Below, piece by piece: positions 49,569 through 61,270 of a DNA stretch of 64,000 nt. Under the pieces are notes generated by a model, which ran no database searches, was not told the DNA's origin, and worked only from the letters and a program-made list of their open reading frames with translations. Location: NCBI GenBank assembly GCA_036172245.1, contig JAYWIR010000021.1:1550001-1614000 (forward strand), given 5' to 3'. Every line of letters starts with the position of its first letter. Positions within the stretch are counted from its first letter, which is position 1. The stretch is from Raillietiella orientalis (taxonomy: Eukaryota). The position numbers and the translations under genes were made by a program.

Positions 49569-51186
49569 GCTCGCCGAAATTGCAACCGCACTGGTGGTCA
49601 ATTCGCGTGGCGACGCGTTCGCTCTTGAAATGAATGCAAAAACCACACCCAGAATCCGACTGAACGGCCCGACCATCGGTAATTCCTGAACGAAACGAAT
49701 TTTCTGCCGCTTCCGTTCCTCGAGCAGTGCATCCCTTTCGTGGTAGACAGAACCCGCCACACCAGGAGCGTCCACACGGAATCCTCGTCGGTCCCCGTGA
49801 CCTTCCATTTAGACAGGAAACTCCCTACAAATGATTTAATGCGGTCTCAGCTTCCTCCCTTTTCGTTAATTCCAATGGTTTTCCGCGGACGGAAATTTCT
49901 TCCTCTCAGCAAAACCTCGAAGATGACAGCATTTCGAGATTAAGGAATGGCTGGCTGGCAAGCTCTCATTAAGCACATCACATTAGTTGCCACCGGTGCC
50001 ATAAGGGAACTTCATCACTTAATTGTGAATGAGCACGTTCCACGGTGCACGTAAACAAACAACACACAAACACATCGAACACTCTTTCCAGTCCATCGGG
50101 TGCTTTTTTACGCGGACTGCCAACTGAACCGGTCACCAAGATGAGCAGAGTTACCCTCGAGGCTACACATTTGGAATGTCTGTTTCGATATTTGCTGCTT
50201 CTCGCCAAGCCCCGTTTGAATTTCATCATTCTTGCATGAGCTGTGGAAAGCAGGGACGGGCAAAATGACACCTTGAAGGGCTGCAAGAGCTTCTCCTTCC
50301 ATCACCATCACCATGCAAAAGTACACTCAAATACAGCAAAAGGACGGAACCCGCCCTCCGACGCAATTTCTCATGTCGAACATCAGGGACTCCCAACTTA
50401 CTTTATGATATCTATACATACTTTTTCGTACGACCGCTTCAATTGAATAAAAACCATGACAACTATGGGATTCTTGATTCGCGATAAAATATACAGAAGA
50501 GCACTTATCCTAAAGCTGCATCAATCTCAACACTTGGAGGTTTATTACAAATTTGATGTTACACATAAATTCACAACAAAGCTGATGTCCCTAAAATTTC
50601 TTGTCAAGCCATATGTATTAGAAAAGCATCTCTTATAGTCTCTGATTCTCTTAAATGCTTAAAACCTTAACAATCACCAAAGAGCTAAAATAGAAACAAA
50701 CTATGCAAGGATTATCGCATTACTGTCTTAGTGTTTCATTTAATTTTACAAGAGTGTGCCAAGTGAGTATCTTTACACTTATCACCCTGTACCTGTGGGA
50801 ATAAACCAACAAATGGACAGGAATTGTCTGAATGACATAATGAAGAGCCCAGTTGCAGACGCTAAATTAGATTAGTAATCTGCCAGTATGCCCATAGATA
50901 ACTAATATGATGTGGATAAAGTGATGCTAGCATGTTTCACATCCATTTGTTCCAACTAACTTTAAGGCACCACCAGTAATGAGTGAACTTCTGTCTTTTA
51001 CAAATCCTTTGTCTGAAGTGAGCTTACTGCAAACAACTGAGGAAATCCTCGAATACCAAATGATTACAACAGCAGACAATTGAAAATGGCAGTCACTCAT
51101 TGATTGCAAGTCTTAAAACATTCTCAATGAAGGCTGTGGGCTGGCAACAAAGGCTGTCAATACAAAATGCATGCATAAGTGGCATC

Positions 51187-52490
51187 TCACCATCGGAACT
51201 GATCGGTAGGGAGAGCAATGCGATGTCGCACCAGAAATCCGGCAGTAGCTTCTGCCACATGATCAGGTAAATCCTCATGAACAGCATGGCCAGCCTGCGG
51301 GAGCACTAACATTTGGAAACGGCCCTGCATCTGTCCTGTAGTTAAGGTACGATCCAGTCGATCCACTCCTGCCAGCAGTAGAAGTTTAGGCACTGAGCAC
51401 TCCAGAAAAAGTGTGGATAGACCAGAAAACCATTCTTTCCAGAATGGCTCTGTAAGTGCTAGGTTGATGCGCCATGAGTATGGGTATTCTGGAGGTGCTG
51501 GCAGAGGATTGAAAACAGTAGCAGCATCTCTGCCTTCCTCTTCCTCCTCTTCTGGCAAGACATCAGCTGCTGGTAAGCAAGCAGGAACAACATCAGAACA
51601 GCTTGTAGCCAAGTTATCAGCCACTTCATCAGAGGCTAGCTGGCCATTCCTGGTGCTAAATTGGTCTGTGTCAGCTGCCTTCATCATTGACATACCTGAC
51701 AATCTGTCCTGGCATGGAAACTCTTGCAGAATCTCTATTGTGTATGGTGCCACTGCGGACACTGCTGCTACGTTTGTATACATAGTATATGTTTCTTAGC
51801 TCACCTCCACTCAATGGCCTGCTGCAGAGATGAGAATCCCTGTGGACGGCTACGCAAAAAACTTTGCATTTGTGCAAGTGCTTCCAAAGCTGTGCCTTCC
51901 ACTACATCAATGACTACTAGTCCCACCAAGGAAACTAGCTTCTTTGCAGCAGCATGAATAGCAATTGCTCCACCCATGCTGTGGCCCATGAGGAGTACAG
52001 GAGAACAAGGGTCATCTTCCATTAAGATGCCCAATACATTCACAATATCCTGCACTAATACATCAGCACTCATATTCTTTTCAGATGCTGTACAGGTACC
52101 ACCATGTCCTCTTAGGTCCAGAGCATAAACTTTGCAATGCACTAACTTGGTAAGTTCCACCTACAAACTTAAATGTGTTGAATATTCTTCAGCTCTTAGG
52201 CTCTCACACTGAACAGTGCCCATGAAAGAGCTGAAAATCCTCCTCCATGTAATAAAAAAACTATGGGACCTTCTGTCCCTTTTTGATAAATACAGAATCT
52301 ATCTGTTCCAATAACTATATGGCTTTTTTTATCAAAATAGTGCTGCCAGCTGACAGGTGTGTAGTCAGGTTTTTGGTTTGATCTAAATAATGGGCAATAA
52401 AGAAAGCTGGATAGCATACTTTTACCTGCAACTCCTCATTGGAGGTAATAAAACTTTTTTTTTCAAAAGTTTTTTTTGAAGAGCAGACAT
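51187..52490 (-). CDS. PPME1: Protein phosphatase methylesterase 1 (PME-1), multi-exon
   Basis: Exons 52490-52426, 52382-52208, 52160-51805, 51761-51696, 51655-51187. Motifs MSAL, LLHGGGFSALSW, ALDLRGHG, GHSMGG, IDVVEGTA, SARVSMPGQ, KLLLLAGVDRLD, GQMQGRFQ, GHAVHED. The end may instead splice at TG|GTGAGA (51190) to a short terminal exon. Confidence 0.95.
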
Positions 52491-54442
52491 CCTTATATTT
52501 AATACAATTTTAATACCTATGCAAAAATTAATCCTTTGAAGTGCTCATCTTAATATTCACACAAATTAGGTGAGCTGATAATCTAGAAGATACGTTGCAC
52601 TTCAATATTTTACATTCTAAACGTACTGAATGTAAATCCTTACTAACAAATACAGAATTCCATGTGCTGCTCTCGGGTGGGTTGCAACTGGCTGTATTTG
52701 AATTTAGTACAAGTCCATATGAATCTTGGCATAACGTCACATTTCATTCACTCACGGCTGCTTAATGACCCTGACACCTCCTGTGGAATTTATGTATCTC
52801 AAATATTGCTCATAACATCCACGAAAAAAAATTGCACGGCCACCACCTCGAAGGGATCACCATTGGAAAGTTGCTTTTCACGTTGTCCTAAAATCAGCAA
52901 AATTCCAAATTGCAACCTGAGCTTTTGGTAAACACGAAAAGCATATGAAAATATATTTCCCTCGAATAACATGCAATCTGACTTTTACTTCCTAACACAT
53001 CTGTATCCAAAAAAGAAAACATGACGTAAACTGAGTTGTATACTTACACGCAACACGTCCTATGCATTATGTTGACACGAACAAATAAAAAAAAATAATA
53101 ATGGTTGCCAAACCTTCAATTCGAAACTTCTCGACACAAGTACAGGTATATGTTGAAACAAAAAATTAAGTTCAGAACAGGGGATGCTTTCTTTGAACCC
53201 AGCAGACGATATTTCAAGAGCATTTTGGAACACTTTCCAAAATGAAAATTTGCGTTTCATAGCGAAAGTGGAATGAAAGAATTGGAAGAAGGAAGGAGAA
53301 AGGCCAACGCGTGTTAAACGTGCATCAAAGTTTTAATCAAGATGCAGCATGAAAAAGAATAATTAGTGAGCTACAATATTTTAAGTTTGGATATATATAT
53401 GTAATTTCATATTGAAATAGGATTTAATTGTAAATTTATTTGAGAGAGGCAGATTGAATATAATAATCATTGAATACAAATCGCCCGTCGCTCTGATATA
53501 AGGTTAGATAAGTGGTAACATAGTGGATGTACCGGAAGATGTATCTAGGCAAGGGGGTAATTTACTGGTTTAAGTAAATATAGATTTGATGTTGATAATT
53601 ATTTGAATTTTTGTTGAATTTAAGGTTGAAATTATTAGTAAAAAATTTTATTTTATAGTGATAGTGAAAAGTACTGAAAAGGAGACGAATGAAAACGAAT
53701 TTCAGATCAGAAATCAGGTTTCTGTTACTTAGTGACATTGAGACGTGAATTTAAGCTGCACATTCGGCAAGCCCACATAGAGAAATAATGCACACCATGT
53801 TCGCTGGAAAGGATTCTATAGAATAAAGCCATAATTAAAGTTTATAATGCATGCTGACACAACGACTTTTCTGTAGTTCATAAATGCTTGCCTAACAAAA
53901 ATCTGTTGATAGTAATGGCGTTGATGCATTCTTCTAGTCTGCGATTTGAGTGGAGCCAAATTGTCATGGATACCGGCGATATTAAATACCATTGCCTACG
54001 TGTCAATCTTTCCGCAAGAATTTTTCCTGATGCAGTGACTTTCCCAGTAAAATCACTCTTTCTGTGGCTAGAAATTTGAAAGTTTAGTATCACAAAACCC
54101 AGGGGAAAATCCCCATGAGTTTGTTTGATTTCAAACGAATATATGATCCGTAATCGCTAATAGTTCCTACGATAAAGGTCATTCTAAATATAAAACTCAA
54201 GGAAAATGGAAATGAATGCAAAGAATTTGTCTGGCCATCGGATGAAGTTTGTTTGCAACTGGACAAGCTGTAGAATTCCCCAAACCAGCAATTTCTGGGC
54301 CTGGAAAAAATTGCATAAGAAGGACAAAGATTTAGAACGCTAGAACGCTGGACTTCTTCTCAAACTCAGAAGGATACCAATCATCCCTTGGTAGGATCGA
54401 GAGCATCTTATCAAGAGAATTCTTATATTTTAGCCTGAAAGA

Positions 54443-55458
54443 ATGAGAATGAAGTCTAAGCAACTTTCTATGGGATCTGAGGCTGCAATCCCATATTCTG
54501 TGAACGCTGACCGCTTAGAAACTCATGATCGTTTATTCGGTCAGTATCTTCCTTATTGGTTCAAAGAGATGACTGATCGGCTGTATCACCCAATTACTCC
54601 TTCGTCTTTATTTCTTGTCCATGAGAAAAGAGAAAATGAACATACAAAGTGGGAACCGTATCCCACTTTGTGGACGAAAAGAAGAAGAGCCCCGAGGAGA
54701 ACAAAAGTCTATTGGAAATTCACTGGTGGAGGGCCCAGCATGACGATTCATGGCTTCACCTTCAGCAGTAGTCTGAGAAAATTTACCTTCGGGGTGAAAG
54801 CATCACAGAGAGAGCACGCGCGGCAATCCCTCGTTGCAGAGCATCCCAGTCAGCAGAGGGTCATGCAGTGTGTAGGTATACACTACGCTCCAAGCTTCTT
54901 CCTTACAAGCGGAGAGTACCTGAGGTTCCCAGACTATAAGTTCATCCACGCGGCTCGACTAAACGTCCTTCCGGCCAGGAGGAAACTAGCGGATCTCACG
55001 TGTCGGTGCTGCCAGACAAAAGACGAAACGTTGTCTCATATCCTAGGTCACTGCAAGAGTCGCCATCGTCTGTTCACTGTGGGGCACGATGCGATCCAGG
55101 AAGTGATCAGGATTGCTGCGGTAGATGAAGCGAAGTGGATCTGGTGTCAATCAACTGGAAGGCTCAAGGAGCAGACTCCCCCTTGCGACCAGACCCGATA
55201 TTACAGAAAGGTTATCGCATAATGGTGGTGGCCATCTGCTGTCCATTCGAGGGTGGAAGAGAGGCGTTCAGCACAGCTAGGAGAAACAAGGTGGGGAAGT
55301 ACAAAGAAGTGGCCCTTAAGCCGACCAAGGAAGGGAAGCAATCCAAGGTGTATGCTATTATTCTTGGCTCACTAGGGACCTGGGACCCAGATGAGGCCAA
55401 GATGATGAAGAGGTGCTTTACGATCTTGGAGTCCCTACGAGGCACTCGGAGAGAATGA
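54443..55458 (+). mobile_element. NeSL/Utopia-like non-LTR retrotransposon 3' fragment (CCHC knuckle and restriction-like endonuclease)
   Basis: FFLTSGEYLRFPDYKFIHAARLNVLP, CRCCQTKDETLSHILGHC, GHD, frameshift, then LRPD...CPFE...KVGKY...ILGSLGTWDP; no intact RT upstream. Confidence 0.88.
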
Positions 55459-55599
55459 GGCATCAGATGGTGACCTCGTGCATCCAATACTCGAGAGACA
55501 TCTAAGCGACTCACATCACAGGAAGAGCAACAAAGACAGAAACGTCTGCGCGTCCAGAAAAACCGAGCGATCAGCTCTTGCAAGGTGGAGGACACGATG

Positions 55600-58500
55600 C
55601 TGAGAGGGCAACAGAATAGAGGGCAATAAGCGCCCCAGATAGATAGCTGAGTAAACCTGGAAGGATACGAAGAGTCTCTCTGTTAATGCATTATCAGTTG
55701 TAAATCTAAATAAGTTCTCTGCCTTGACTTGTGGATGTTGCTGGAGACATCTTCCTTCAAGCACCGACTCATGCATTGCCATCTTCTCACTCTTTGCATT
55801 CGTAGTATGACTGGTGAAGGTGGTCCTGCGTTGCTACCGGTACTAGCCCATCACCCTGCCCTTATGCAAGTCAAGGTTGCAGGTACTTCAGCTAGAGAGA
55901 GTCTATACTTAGCAAAGGACTATCGTCGAAGGCTACTGGAAATTCTTTCAGGAGGAACCCGCGACAAGATGCTTCCAGTCGAATGAATCCTGCTGCAGTC
56001 CGTTATTAGGTGTGGGAACGATTCCATCTCCCTGAATTCCGTATAGTTCGGAGGAGCGCTGCCCTTCGTCACTACCCTACCCCCGAGGTATCAGTGCTCG
56101 TTGCACAGGGCAGCCCAGCGAAGTGAAGAGCACCAGTTGAAAGAGGAAACAGAGAGAGCTACTCAAACATGGATTAGGTAGCATTAGGTGCTCAGAATGA
56201 ATTAGCAAGAGCTCTGCCCACCGTAGCAAGCCCTTTGCGGTGGTTCTTGGGGCGTGTGAGTAGACCAGCTGACTCGGCGATCATCGACCAAGGAGTTTCG
56301 TATCTGCTGCTACGGGGCTCAGGAGACTGCTGCACTGGCGTCAGGAATGTGATGAAAACTCGAGTGCATTTCTCCTGCACCAACTCCAGGAGGCCAGGCT
56401 CTCTACCCGTGAGTTTAACTCAGATGTCGAGCTTCTCCGTCCTCCAAGCGTTAACACCGGAGAAGGAGCGGGAGAATCATTGGCGTTCCTTCATTAATGC
56501 AGTCGTTCCGCGAAGGGAAATACCATAGCACTCCTTCTTCTACTTTGGATGCAGTTCTCTGAAAGCAGACAGCATGCTCCAGGATGGGACGGCCGGGAAG
56601 ATTCCAAAATGAAAGCTGCAGTATTAGGTCATTTCTGAATTGCACCTGCAGTTGCGGTCTGCTAATAGTCAGCATTCTTGGACGCGCATCACAGCATGGA
56701 GCAATCAAGTCCTTCAAAGGATCCTGGACGTCGTCCAACCTTATGGGACTTTCAGCTCAGTCCTTAGTGTGGTTTTACGCGCAGAGTAGGAGGACCAATC
56801 TGCTGAGCGTAAGGCATGCGCAGACTTTCCACAGGTTGCAACGGTGATGAGCATCCTCGATGTCAGGAACGTCAGGGGGGAGGTATGCGGACCACAGTTA
56901 GCACTTGGGAGAGAGTTCGCTCAATCGATGCTTGCAAGATGTCCCACGGAAGTCTGCGATGTGTTCCATTGATCAGTAGAGATTCTGTATGCTAGGAGTC
57001 TGCTACCAGGGCGTCGTCCTTATCGCTCTTCATTGGATCGTTTGGTTCCCGTCTGGAAGAGAGCGAAGCGCTCCGGTTCATTGTCCGCTTCGAATCATCC
57101 GACATAGTCGCTTCCCTCCGCTCTACAGAGGGCCTGGCATGCTCAGCCCTTCATGAGCGGGCTGGAGAGCAAAGCTCCATCGCTTTCACTCACGTTCCAG
57201 GGAGCTTGGCACTCATCAAGGATGTGTTCCGATGTGCCTCCGTGACACACAGCACATATGAAGCACCAACCCGCCTTTTTGGAATCTGGAAGAGCAATAA
57301 TCCTAGCTAATGTTAACCATATAGGGAGCGACGGCCTATGACAACTATTGGGAATAGTTACCTTCCAGTAAAAATAGATGCAGCCATAGGTGCTCCGCAT
57401 CGACCTCTTCTGTTATTGAAGAAGTGGAAAAGTTGATATGGGAAAGTTGCTGTGGAGCTCATCCTGACATGGGCATCTGCATAGGAAAAAATATGCACAC
57501 AACTTATGGATAACTACAGTTTCTCATAAAGTTTCCCCGATCAGGCATCCTAGATGATTTCTGCTTCCTCTAGTGGATGCTTCAGGGCCATTGTCCACTC
57601 GGGAAATTATCGCTCTTTTTATTTTGGATATCATATCAAATAGGCAACGTAGAAGGAAGTTTAGGACACCGGGATTCGTTCCATTTTTCCCTTGAGGACG
57701 GTATCCTCGACCGAAGGCAAGTGCGATGAGTTGTGGAAATTGATAACCGATAACCTACCAAAATAGCCGATATTTCTTTTTCTCTGTATCCTCAGGGAAG
57801 TTCGCCGATCCAACGGGAGCTTCATCTACTCTATGAAGGTATTTTGCATCACCTCTTGGACACATACGCTGTAAAGCACCACCCTGGATTCAAGGCTGAG
57901 TCTTGAAGCGCGGCAGCCCTCAATTACTTCCGCAAAACCTCTAGGAGACTTCAGCTAGCTAATGAAAATTTTTGACCTTGCTGGTCAAGAAAAACACGGC
58001 AAAAAGTTTACCCATGGTTCCGATAACTCTTCAAAAAGGCGAGAACTGCAGTGTGTCTGCAGCTTCCACAGGGTGTCTTTTACTGGGTGGGTAGAGGCAA
58101 AAGATAAAAACGATAGAAACTACTTTCACATCCAACTGCCTCTTGACTCCTCGCTTGTTTCCAGCTTCAGTGGAGAATCATTTGAGCTTTTCAGGTTCAG
58201 GAGGAGGTGCAGCGGGGTTCTCCGTTCTACGGTCGATCCACCAGTGTTTTAAGAATCATTTCCGTCATCTCTTAAAAAAGCGTCAGCGGATTCATAGCAA
58301 GCAGGCACCCTGAACAACTGCACTGACGAGTACCGATCGGTTTGCCGCCGGTTCATTGCACTGATTGCTTCGCAGACGGTCCATTAGACGCAGGGGATTT
58401 TTACGTACCATTGCCTACCTTTGCACTTTTCGAGAAATCTCCCATAGTTAGTCTTGACATGAACATTCGACTTTCGGCTGTTGCCATCCTTAAATGGTTA

Positions 58501-59300
58501 CGCTTGAGCTTCCGTAAGTCGAAGAGGAACATCCATGGTCCACCTCCCCCTACCCTCGGCATCCATATCTCTGGCTGCTTAAGCACGAACAGACTTGAAC
58601 GGAGCAGTCCTTACTTCAAGAAAACGGCGAATCTTCACCATCTGTGTTTGCAGGTGGACATCACCATTCAACCGTGGCTTCGATCCCGGCTAGCTCAGGA
58701 GTTCAAAAACCTCAGTCATTGCAGTCACTCCTCTAGCCACCTCCAAAGAGCCCCCAAAGTAGTTCCATCCTTTAAGTTTGATGCGTCACAAGAGTTTTGT
58801 AGGTCCAAAGACGAGTTAGGGTTACCGAAAAATTACACAAGCAAGGCTGTTCACCTCTCACGTCTCGTCGTCATCCCATCCAACATCATTCACTGTTGCA
58901 CTGTTGTAATTCTAGATCCGACTGCAGTCCTCTTCAAGGTCACGGAAAAGCCAAGAGCCTCCTCGTCCAGCGTTTCAACTTGAAGAGAAAATCCTAGTAA
59001 ACGTGGAATTTTCCAAACCCAAGAGATCGGCTCTCTGAAGATCGTTGCCCTTGCAAAATTGCAGGAATCTTCGGCTCCTCAGCACAGCAGAATTGGTGAC
59101 GAAGGCATTGGCTCCGGCCAGATGCCCAAGCAACACCTCATGCACCTGTTCTTCGCTTGCAGCACAGACTGCTTCATCTTCGTGTTCAAGGGATCAACTA
59201 GCATCTGTGAGATGCATTCGTGCTCCTCTGCTGATTTGCCGAGGGTTCAGAAATGCCACCATCAACGCAGAAGCAGCCCGCAATAGGTCGAATCTTCGCG
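55600..59300 (-). mobile_element. Possible old decayed L1-like LINE
   Basis: GLATVGRALANSF (near 56230) resembles LSxxGRxxLxNS of the L1/Tx1 RT thumb; other motifs only faint. Boundaries approximate. Confidence 0.25.
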
Positions 59301-60970
59301 AGGAAGCAGAGACATTCCTCTACTCGACACTTAATTCAGGTTTGCATTTTTGCCATCAGGGGAACGCGGGACCACAAGGAAAGCCGTGAACCCTTCCAGT
59401 GCAGCAAGCAGGAGCACCAGAATTTCATGTGGATCTTACTGACACGTGAAATCGTGCTTCCGGATCCCGTCTGTGCACTCCAGAAACAGTCTCTTCGCTG
59501 CTTCGTGACGACGCAGCCCCCTTCAGATCACCGTGGCCTTTCTTGCTGCCTTTACCAGCGGAGGGGAATCTCGGGTGTTGGGTCAGCGAATTTTTTCGTC
59601 ATTATGAAAGATGGTTGGAATGCTTTTTCTCTTGGTTAGTTGAGGATCGAAGGGGAACGAGTTACATTGCTCTGTAGGAATGTTTTTGGGGTAAGCCCTG
59701 CAGGGAACGTGCGAAATTCCTACAAGGCTCCACACGGAAAAATATGCTTTCCGAAATGCAACTCTATTTTGTAGATGCGTTCAAATCCAAAAGGTTGAAC
59801 CGTATCCGCGATTCCCAACATGGGATCAGCAAAGAAACTGCAGGACACGTAACGTTGCTGAAACTAGATGTTCACCACTCCCTTTGTTGCCAAGGTGACT
59901 TGTGGGATCGTGGAGCAGTGCTTATTGGTTTTCCGGAAGGATAATCGAAGAAGGGAACAAAGACAAATTTCCAGACTCCAAACATTTTGAACATTCCAGA
60001 TCTTCGGGAGCAACTCCTATTGTTTCTGAAATTTTGGAATGCCTCGGCACCAAAGGTGATTCGTGAGCTGCCATCTGTCCTCCGGGGCTGAGTCCTCCGA
60101 GATTATTTGTCCAAGAGCCGAAACTTTAATATCTCCGCTTCATTTTCGGATTCTGAGTCTCCCGGGCATTTCAGAGAGTTCGCGGGCACAGGTCTTTGCC
60201 TAAGCAGACTTGGGTTTGCGGAATTTAGCCTTCCTGCTTTGAGGATCCCGAATCCGATGAGGGCATTTGAGGCTCCAAGCTGAGGATTCCTCGACTCCTT
60301 CGGCCACGGCGAGCCACTCACCGTCTCTGAAGAGAAACCTCGATGCCTTTGTTCCAAAATCTGCCGCCAAGGTAACGTTGGTTCGTTTGGCTTCCCGTTT
60401 CCTCCCGGTTGCCGCCGTGACATCTGATGACGCTGCTTTCCTCCCTCTGTGTTTAGGAGAAGGTTCCTTACTCTCTCATCCTTTGCGTACGCAAAGGCTT
60501 CCGATACGAAAGCCCCCCCCCCCAAAAAAACGCTCTTTCTGTGTCTTGAGCCGAAACATCCTCAGATCCGAACGAAAGTCGCCAACTGCTCTCCTTAGTG
60601 AGAGTTCACCTGTCCAGTAAAAAGGGAAAGAAAGGAACCAAACAGAAGGATAACAGCAGGTAGAAGAATACTGGATGGGACCTTCCACAAGGCAGTGCAC
60701 AAATCGAACAGTCCCGCATCCTCCTTGTTGTTTTCAGCACGAGTCTTTTGCAATGCGTGAGCTCCATTTTTTTCGTTCTCTCTGCTTTTTGAGCTTTCGG
60801 CAGCTGCGCCACCTCACTCGGCATTAAGGGACTATCTCACGAAGAAACAGGCATATGCTTCAAGGATAGAGCCCTCGTGGAGGCATACTTGTGGCCAAAG
60901 AATTTTGAGGAAGAAGTAAGAATTCCCTGGGGGATTCGCTCGGGTGGCGCAAACACCTTGATCTCGCACC

Positions 60971-61270
60971 GGCGTCGACCAAAATCCCGAAAATCAAGAT
61001 CCCGTATGTCGAGATCTCTAAAAATCATAAAAAGTAAGCATGTCCATTATATCTATTAATATATGTATTTACATACGTTATTAATCTATCTAACTATATA
61101 AACATATATATTGATATAGGTAATGTGCAAATATATTTATTTATTATAATCTTTATAGTATATATTGATTTATACATAAATACATATAATGGACATGAGC
61201 ATTTATTCCCTATCATCTTTCGAGATTTTGACATTCGGGATTTGGGCGTTCGGGATTTTGAAACCCCGCC
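60971..61270. mobile_element. 300-bp MITE with long imperfect TIRs (Mutator-like)
   Basis: About 85-bp inverted arms starting GGCG and sharing CAAAATCCCGAA, ATCCCGxATGTC and CATGTCCATTATAT; AT-rich core; flanks ATCTCGCACC / ATTTGGCACG match 7 of 10 (decayed 9-10 bp TSD). Confidence 0.8.

Noticed and set aside
50300..50314. CATCACCATCACCAT (His-tag-like)
   Set aside because: Only five His codons and no vector context; chance short repeat.
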